Below, piece after piece: positions 34,291 through 41,707 of a stretch of DNA of 41,707 nucleotides. Within the stretch, counting starts at the first letter, position 1, and each line of letters opens with the position of its first letter. Location of the stretch: assembly GCF_001194135.2 (NCBI RefSeq), contig NC_068991.1:50775287-50816993 (forward strand), read 5' to 3'. Made by a program: the position numbers and the translations under genes. The notes under the pieces are model-generated. The model made no database searches, was not told the DNA's origin, and saw only the letters and a list, made by a program, of their open reading frames with translations. The stretch is from Octopus bimaculoides (Eukaryota).

Positions 34291-34948
34291 GATATTTGCC
34301 CCAGTAAAGCTAGTAGAAAATTGCTCTTTTAGTGAGGAACCTCTTTTATTCTATTCTTCTTTCATCCTTTTCTCTTCTTTAGCAATTCTCTTCAAATGTT
34401 GCTCAACAATAGAGCTGTTACTGCCAATGCACAGTTGTTGCTGAGTCAACCCCTCACACCACCACCCCGTCCCCTCCTCACACCATCACCAGTAGTTGTA
34501 AAAGTAGGAGTAGTTGGAGGAGAGGAAGAGAGAAAGTCAGGTCAAATTGAAGACAGCAGCGATGGCCGACCGACCGACTGACGATGCAGCCTGACTCATT
34601 CCTTCTCAGCTTTGGCCACTGAATCTCTTCTACTCTGCACTCAATAAAATAATTCATTCTAAAGCAGGAACAGAAATATTCTGGTTGATTTGATTTTGGT
34701 ATATTTCGTTTTGTGTCTTTGGTTAATCCTGAAGTACTATCACTATATCTATACAGACATACACACACACATACATACATACGTACATGCATGTATATAC
34801 ACACACACACACATATGCATATAGATATAGCTATATATATTTATATATATATATGACTGTTAAAAAAAAATTACCATCCCAAGTATAATAATATATACAG
34901 ATGCTTACTTGTATGTGTATATGTGTATTTGTACATGTATTCTCATGC

Positions 34949-34984
<36 letters not shown>

Positions 34985-34985
<1 letters not shown>

Positions 34986-35218
34986 ATTTCTTTACTGCCC
35001 ACAAGGGGCTACACACAGAGGGGACAAACAGGGACAGACAAACGGATTAAGTCAATTATATCGACCCCAGAGCGTAACTGGTACTTATTTAATCGACCCC
35101 GAAAGGATGAAAGGCAAAGCCGACCTCGGCGGAATTTGAACTCAGAACGTAGCGGCAGACGAAATACCGCTAAGCATTTCGTCCGGCGTGCTAACGTTTC
35201 TGCCAGCTCGCCGCCTTA
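34985..35218 (-). mobile_element. SINE family B, young copy with an alternative 3' end
   Basis: CpG-intact GGCGGCGAGCTGGCAGAAACGTTAGC...GTCGGCTTTGCCTTTCATCCTTTCGGGGTCGATTAAATAAGTACCAG, ending in ...CCCCTTGTGGGCAGTAAAG rather than GGCCTTGTGCCAAAA. Confidence 0.85.
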
Positions 35219-35296
35219 TATTTATCTATCCATATAGACACACACACACACACACTCACACGCACATATATGTGTGTGCGCATGTGNNNNNNNNNN

Positions 35297-35348
<52 letters not shown>

Positions 35349-35609
35349 CACACATATATATGGTGTTATTATTTGATTCAGTTATAGGATTGCAACCATA
35401 CAGGAGCATTATCTACCTCAGTAGTTATCTCATTATCTCAGTCTTATTTTATTGACGCCTATTTGCTGAGCTACTAAGTTACGGGAAAAGCCCAAATTTA
35501 AGTGCATCCTATTTTCTTTCATGAATACATCTGAGTGTTTATGTTTCATAACCTCCTTGTAAAAATCGATTCCATATCTCTAACCAATCTTGATATATTC
35601 ATGGATGAA

Positions 35610-35815
35610 GGAGGTGAACTGGCAGAGTCGTTAGCATGCTGGACAAAATGCTTAATTTCATGTTTTAATATTCTGAGTTCAAATTCCACCAGGTCAATTT
35701 TGTCTTTCATTTTTTCAGAGTCAATAAAATATGTACCAGTTGAACTCTGAGGTTGATGTAATCAACTTACCCTTTCCCCTAAATTGCTGGCCTTGTGCCA
35801 AAATTTGAAACAATT
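35610..35815 (+). mobile_element. SINE family B
   Basis: GGTGAACTGGCAGAGTCGTTAGC...GGCCTTGTGCCAAAATTTGAAAC. Confidence 0.85.
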
Positions 35816-36091
35816 TTAGTCTAAGATACATGATCTAATCTGATTGTTGGTTTTTCCATTCTCTTCTGGCTTGCATTTATTTATTCAGGATAATCTGACT
35901 AATATCAGCCAGATTTTAACAAAATATAGAATGTCAAATCGCCATATTATGGCACTAATTCCCCGCCCTCATCCCAGTTTAGCACTGCGACAAAAACTTG
36001 TTTTTAATGAAATTAATATATTCTTCATCAGTTATACAATATGATACTTGCTATTTCATGATTGATATTTCTTTGTATAATACTGACTCAC

Positions 36092-36142
36092 AGAATTCAT
36101 GTGATAAACTGATATCCACATGGAGAATAGGAAGACATCGGT
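36092..36142 (-). other. Candidate 51-nt micro-exon
   Basis: tgacgtatttgtttccag|ACCGATG...CATGAATTCT|GTGAGT; multiple of 3; phase-1 frame RCLPILHVDISLSHEF and the phase-0 frame are both stop-free. Confidence 0.4.
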
Positions 36143-36417
36143 CTGGAAACAAATACGTCAACATCGCAAAATAGTAATTCATTGTCAATTCTGTTTTCTT
36201 ATGTCTTTCTCTCTGGTAACAACTAGATAGATGATGGTTTTCTGTTTCTCCATTGACACAGAGTGTCTTGGCAATTAAAACAACAGATACAGGCATGCAT
36301 GCATACATACATACATGCATACATACATACATTCATGCAAGTATGCATACATTTATACATGCATACATACATGCATCATACATACATTTATAAATGCATA
36401 CATATATGCATCATACA

Positions 36418-36451
<34 letters not shown>

Positions 36452-36473
36452 CATACAATGCATGCATTACATA

Positions 36474-37725
36474 TGAGGGTCAGCTGAAAAGTTCATAGGC
36501 TGACGAAGATACTCTCATGGAACGCGACCAAACAAGGTTTATTTTTCAAAATAGTCCCTCTTGCAGTCCACACTTTTCCATCAGTGTTGCAGTGCTTGGA
36601 TCCCATTGATGAAGAAGCTGGCATCCTGTTGGTCAAAAAAGTCATTGACAGCAAATATGGTGTCATCATCACTGCGGTGCTGGTTCCCACTCAAGTATTT
36701 TTCATGTTAGGGAACACATAATAGTCAGATGGGGCCAAGTCAGGAGAACAGAGAGGGTGGTCAATCAGCTCAAAGCCACAGTCATACACAGCAACCATTG
36801 AAACCTGTCTTGTGTACTGGAGCATTGTCGTGATAAAACAAATACTCTTTCATCAGTTTTCCTTGGCGTTTGGTCTCGATAGCCTTTTTTTAACTCCCTC
36901 ATGAAGTTGGCATAGTATTCTCCATTGATGGTGTGGCTCTTTTGAAGATAGTCAATAAGCACTATGCTTTTTGCATTCCCAAAACTGAATCCATCATCTT
37001 CCCGGCAAATGAAACGACCTTGGCCTTCTTTAAAGCACGTGAGGAGAGATGTTTCCACTGCATGGAAGGTCTCTTTGTCTCTGGCTTAAAGTGATGAAGC
37101 CAACACTTGTCCTGAATTAGGAAACATTCAAGGAAACTAGCTGTATCTGCCTCAAACGATGTCAGATTTTCTTGTGATGTGATCAGCTTTGGTACACTTT
37201 TGATCAAGTGTCAGAAGACATGGCACTTACCCAGCAGAAACCTTTGTCATGTCTTGTTCATTGTGCAGAATATTCTCACAGGATATGCTAGCAGCATTGG
37301 CTTTTTGATTTAATGTAGTGAACACGATCCATGTTTTCCTTGGTGTTAGCAGTTGTAGTATGTCCAGACCTCGGGTCATCTTCAAGACTCTCTCTTTTCC
37401 TCCTAAATTCAGCTGCCTACTTTTGCACTGTTGATAAAGCTGGAGTGTCATGCCCTAATATAGCAAGTATGTCAGCATGAATGTCGTTGGGGGCTTAATT
37501 ATTTTTCTGTAGGTATTTCAAAACACCAGAATGCCAAGTTTTATCCATTTTCAAGAGAAGTTACTAGTAGTTACATTTGAAATCTTTGAACAGTGAGATG
37601 TCAGCTTACTTGGAAAGAAACAATGCAGTTATTAATAGGAAAGATTCGAAAGTAATACATGTAAGATTTCATAGCTCTAGCACCACTTCATCATAGTAAG
37701 TCTATGAACTTTTCAGGCCCCCATT
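36474..37725 (-). mobile_element. Near full-length mariner (irritans-like), transposase pseudogenised
   Basis: TIR TA-TGAGGGTCAGCTGAAAAGTTCATAGGCT vs AGTCTATGAACTTTTCAGGCCCCCA; broken frames MDKTWHSGVLKYLQK...SLEDDPRSG...QDKCWLHHFKPETK...DYLQKSHTINGEYYAN. Confidence 0.92.
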
Positions 37726-37777
37726 GGTCACTCTCTGACCAGCCATAACAAACCAAACTTCTAAAAGAGAAATATAC

Positions 37778-37872
<95 letters not shown>

Positions 37873-38101
37873 TTAGGGATAAAATCCAAAATTACAGGTA
37901 AAAACTCAATTAAAATCAATTTATTAAAAATTAAAATTAAATTAAGCTTCACAGTATAAAATATATTAATATATAGTATTAGGGAAAAGAACCAAGGTCT
38001 ATGAACTCATCGATGAAAATCCACTGTCACATATAGAAAAAGTTTATAATTAAAAGTACAATAAATAAGTATAATATAAATAAGTATAATAAATAAGTAT
38101 A

Positions 38102-38998
38102 ATACCCAAAAGAAACCAGAATTTTACAATATTATTTTATTCACTTAGTTTTACATGTTTACACTTTCATTGCCTTCAAAGTATTCTCCATTTGAAGCAA
38201 TGCATCAGTCCAGACTCATTTTCCACTGTTCGAAGCAGTCCTGGAACTCTTGTGAAGTGATACCTTTTAATGCCTCTGTCATTTTTTTGTTCATCTCTTC
38301 CACATCTGCAAATTCTGTAGCACTAGCTTTTGTCACCAGTGATGACCTTCCAAAAAAAAGGTCCAAATAAACTTCCAACTGTTCTTTCAGTTCATGATAC
38401 ACATTCAGTTGTAAATGCTTTTGATCTTCCATGAGCAAGCAAGGCAAAAAATTTGCTGCAACCCTTTACATTTGCAATTCCTTGCTCAGAATCCATAGGC
38501 AGGAGCTCCAAGACACACCAGTCATATCAACAAGTGTGTCAATTGGTCAGGGATGGCCCTCCATGGTCAGTTCAGGAATTTTCTTTATGTTTCCATTCGT
38601 TCGAGAGATCAACAGTTGTCCTGAACAAGGTTGGTCTTCAAGTGACAAGTGACCATTCCTAATGTGTGGAAGCATGGAAACCACTTGTAAACTTGTGTTT
38701 TGCTCATGACAGCGTCCTTGTAATCTGTTTGAAGCATGACAACTGTTTTGGCCATCATTTTCCCCAACAGAAAACAGGATTTCACGGAAGCACGCTGTTC
38801 CTTCATTTCAGCCAACACAAAAATCGACAAACAGGGGAGAAGCACTGCAAAGCAAAGACACACCACATGACAGTATGACTGCTGGTTAGCAGACTGATAC
38901 CTGAGGGTTGCATCAAGTGGCTTCTAGCAATGGAAGCCTGAACTACAATGGGTTTGTCTCACAGAGAATGTTTCCAGTTATTTTTCAGTATCCCCTTG
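38102..38998 (-). mobile_element. Internally deleted mariner (HTH region joined to C-terminus)
   Basis: MKEQRASVKSCFLLGK...SKTQVYKWF and FADVEEMNKKMTEALKGITSQEFQDCFEQWK; DDD core missing; imperfect TIRs 38102-38121 and 38972-38998 (followed by TA). Confidence 0.85.
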
Positions 38999-39044
38999 TA
39001 CATATGCTCTCTTTTACACTTTTGCTGTTTCTTACTCTTACTCT

Positions 39045-39455
39045 CTCTCTCTCTCATTGCCCTGGTCACTCTCTCTCTCTCTCATTGCCCTGGTCACTCT
39101 CTCTCTCTCTCATTGCCCTGGTCACTCTCTCTCTCCTTCTCTTGTTTTTTTCTCTGACTAGGTAACCAAGTATATTCTTTACTTCAGCACACTTGTTTCT
39201 AGCTTCTTTCATGTCCCTCTCTCTCACTCATCCTCTCTCTCTCACTCATCCTCTCTCTCTCACTCATCCTCTCTCTCTCACTCATCCTCTCTCTCTCACT
39301 CATCCTCTCTCTCTCACTCATCCTCTCTCTCTCACTCATCCTCTCTCTCTCACTCATCTTCTCTCTCTCACTCATCCTCTCTCTCTCACTCATCCTCTCT
39401 CTCTCACTCATCCTCTCTCTCTCACTCATCCTCTCTCTCTCACTCATCCTCTCTC
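39045..39455. repeat. CT-rich minisatellites: 28-bp unit x3 (39045-39135) and 18-bp unit CTCACTCATCCTCTCTCT x about 13 (39215-39455)
   Basis: Visible directly; source of the SERERM-repeat ORF. Confidence 0.9.
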
Positions 39456-39689
39456 ACTGGGTGACCATGTACCTTCTCTATAGCAAGACACCTATTTCTG
39501 CCTCTCTATTTCTCTGTTACACTCTAACCTTTGATCATATGATACTGGATCACCTCCTCGAATGCCCTCTCTGTTGTGGCAAGACACCTGCTTCTGTCCC
39601 TCTGTCACTTTGTCACACTCTGACCTTTCATCCTCTGACACAAGTTCCCTTCCTCAAATGTCCCTGCCTCTCTCATAATTCCTTGTCTT

Positions 39690-39991
39690 GCGACTTACTT
39701 GGTTACCATGCCAGTGTTGGTGCCACATTAAAAGCATCCAGTCCACACTGTAACGTGGTTGGCATTTGGAAGGGTATCCAGTTGTAAAAACCATGCCAAA
39801 ACTAACCTTGCCTGTGCTAGTGCCACGTAAAAAGCACTGAGTCCACTCTGCAGAGTGGCTGGTATTAGAAAGGGCATCCAACCATAAAATCCCTGCCAAA
39901 ACAGACACAGTAGCATTGGGTAGTTTTTCTACTTGGCTGGCTCCTGTCAACTGTCCTACCCATGCATGCATGGAAGATGGATGTTAAGCAA

Positions 39992-39995
<4 letters not shown>
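39690..39995 (+). mobile_element. SINE-like family C
   Basis: Two GTGCCAC...AAAAGCA...GAAGGG(T/C)ATCCA modules, then CCTACCCATGCATGCATGGAAGATGGATGTTAAGC. Confidence 0.75.
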
Positions 39996-40034
<39 letters not shown>

Positions 40035-40172
40035 TACACACACACACAACTAAACACATATAGAAAATATTCAAAAATCTTTACACAAACCAAATGATTA
40101 TAAAATCAGTGTTTATGCAAAAACATTTCATTTTTAAAATTTTATAGGATCTACAGACAGAATTTAATTTTA

Positions 40173-41100
40173 TTATGAAAGCCTATTTTCAGACTGATGA
40201 CCATTTTGGCCCAGGCACTGCTGATAACACAAAACAATGGAAATTGCAAACATCACGAAACATTTCATTTGGCAGTTGTACACATTCTCGTTTAATGACT
40301 GTTCTCTATTTATCAACTGTTGCCAGTTTTGCAAAATCTCATCAAGGTAGGCTGTTATGTTACTATGGTAGTGGGGTGGGTGCCTCATCTTGCTGGAAAT
40401 AAAATTCCACATCTTCAAAGTCATCTTGAATGCTTGACATGACAGGCTGTCATAGTAATTTCAAATAAAATAGAAACAGTCACAGTACCATCATAATAAA
40501 GAAAACAACAGTTCGATTAATCGTTAAGCCAGACCATACTGTAACTTAATTCCTGGTAATTTAACATGATGTTCTTTTGTAATAGGCAGATTATCAGGTC
40601 CTCAGTAGGTGCAATAATTGCACTTAATTGAGCCATTTAACTTAAATGTTTCCTCATCATTTCAAACAATCTTTGTTGGAGAGTGTGCATTTTGTACTCA
40701 TCTTGTCAAGTACCACTTAGAAAAGTCCACTCTTCAGTGTGACTCATACTGAGGGCGTGGACTATTCTTGAAATATAATTTTTTTCAAAACAAAGCTTCA
40801 AAATGCTATGAACACTTGATTTTGAAACTCCTATCTCACAATTTGCCATACATATTTTCTTAAACTCTAGCAATACATTTCTAGTAATCTTTCTTGCTTT
40901 GTGGAACTTGTCAATGTCTGCAGTTTTCTTGGACATTTCTTGAGGACATACTGAACAGTTCCATCTGCTCCAGTCTTTTCTCTAATTTGAATGATGGTGA
41001 GTAACACAGATGGATCTGTTTGAAACTCCCACCTAAACTGTTTCTGTACTTTGACTGCATTGTCAAACTTACAGTAACACTTTCAAATAAATTTCTTTTG
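40173..41100 (-). mobile_element. Decayed Tc1/mariner transposon with a DUF4817-type N-terminus
   Basis: Joined frames YCKFDNAVKVQKQFRWEFQTDP...GADGTVQ / EIGVSKSSVHSILK...IVHAL / DEETFKLNGSIK / FYFQQDEAP..HYH; segment with the third catalytic residue appears deleted. A second fragment of the same family lies at about 41190-41330. Confidence 0.8.
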
Positions 41101-41375
41101 TTCAAAGCTTAGTCTAGCTCCCTTCATTACTTCAAATGGGTTAAATGTGAAAAAAAAATGAAAACTGAGTTATCAGTTGTTAAAGTGTGTAGAGGATTTC
41201 CTGTGTTATAATGAATTGACATGACAGATTGTCACAGCAAATTCAAATAAAACATAGAACTAGTCACAATACCATCATAAAAAAAAAAGAAAACAGAATG
41301 GCCCAATTAACTCCTTTGTAATATCCCTGTATCATAATATATATGAATTTTGAGTACTTTGTATATATATATATG

Positions 41376-41424
<49 letters not shown>

Positions 41425-41444
41425 CATGTAAACAAAACATTGAA

Positions 41445-41707
41445 CTGACTCCTGTGCAGGTGGCACGTAAAAAAACACCATTTGAGCGTAGCTGTTGCCA
41501 GTACTGCTGAACTGGCCCTCGTACTGGTGGCACGTAAAAAGCACCCACTACACTCTCGGAGTGGTTGGCGTTAGGAAGGGCATCCAGTCGTAGAAACCCT
41601 GCCAGATCAGATTGGAGTCTGGTGTAGCCATCTGGTTCGCCAGTTCCCAGTCAAATTGTCCAACCCATGCTAGCGTGGAAAGCGGACATTAAATGATGAT
41701 GATGATA
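41445..41707 (+). mobile_element. SINE-like family C, young copy
   Basis: GGTGGCACGTAAAAAGCACCCACTACACTCTCGGAGTGGTTGGCGTTAGGAAGGGCATCCAG...GGAAAGCGGACATTAAATGATGATGATG. Confidence 0.85.

Noticed and set aside
480-35455. Many ORF-track entries rich in YI, HT, VC, RE or X
   Set aside because: Translations of (TA)n, (CA)n, (GA)n, (TACA)n microsatellites and N gaps; no coding signal.

Overview
Eukaryotic, AT-rich, gap-ridden, repeat-dominated scaffold segment. The repeat content looks like an octopus/coleoid cephalopod genome (recognised from memory, not database-verified). There is no complete protein-coding gene, no rRNA, no true tRNA and no CRISPR; most ORF-track entries are microsatellite or N-gap artefacts. 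Supported content: (i) several decayed Tc1/mariner transposons, two near full length with TIRs; (ii) CR1/L2- and RTE-clade LINE fragments, one in a three-level nested insertion with TSDs; (iii) about 30 copies of three SINE-like families (labelled A, B, C here); (iv) TTAA-flanked and other MITEs; (v) mini- and microsatellites. Main hunt result: three unrelated minimal type I hammerhead-ribozyme (HHR) sequences with palindromic stem III (860-907/977-1024, 24984-25023, 26138-26183/26336-26381). Two sit as outward-facing pairs in long inverted repeats, and one forms the 3' tail of a tRNA-headed SINE, suggesting Penelope-like-element (PLE)-dependent non-autonomous retroelements. Secondary result: a series of candidate minus-strand micro-exons (51, 36, 28, 24 nt) plus strong CpG decay in old TEs, suggesting the window is intronic to a large unidentified gene.
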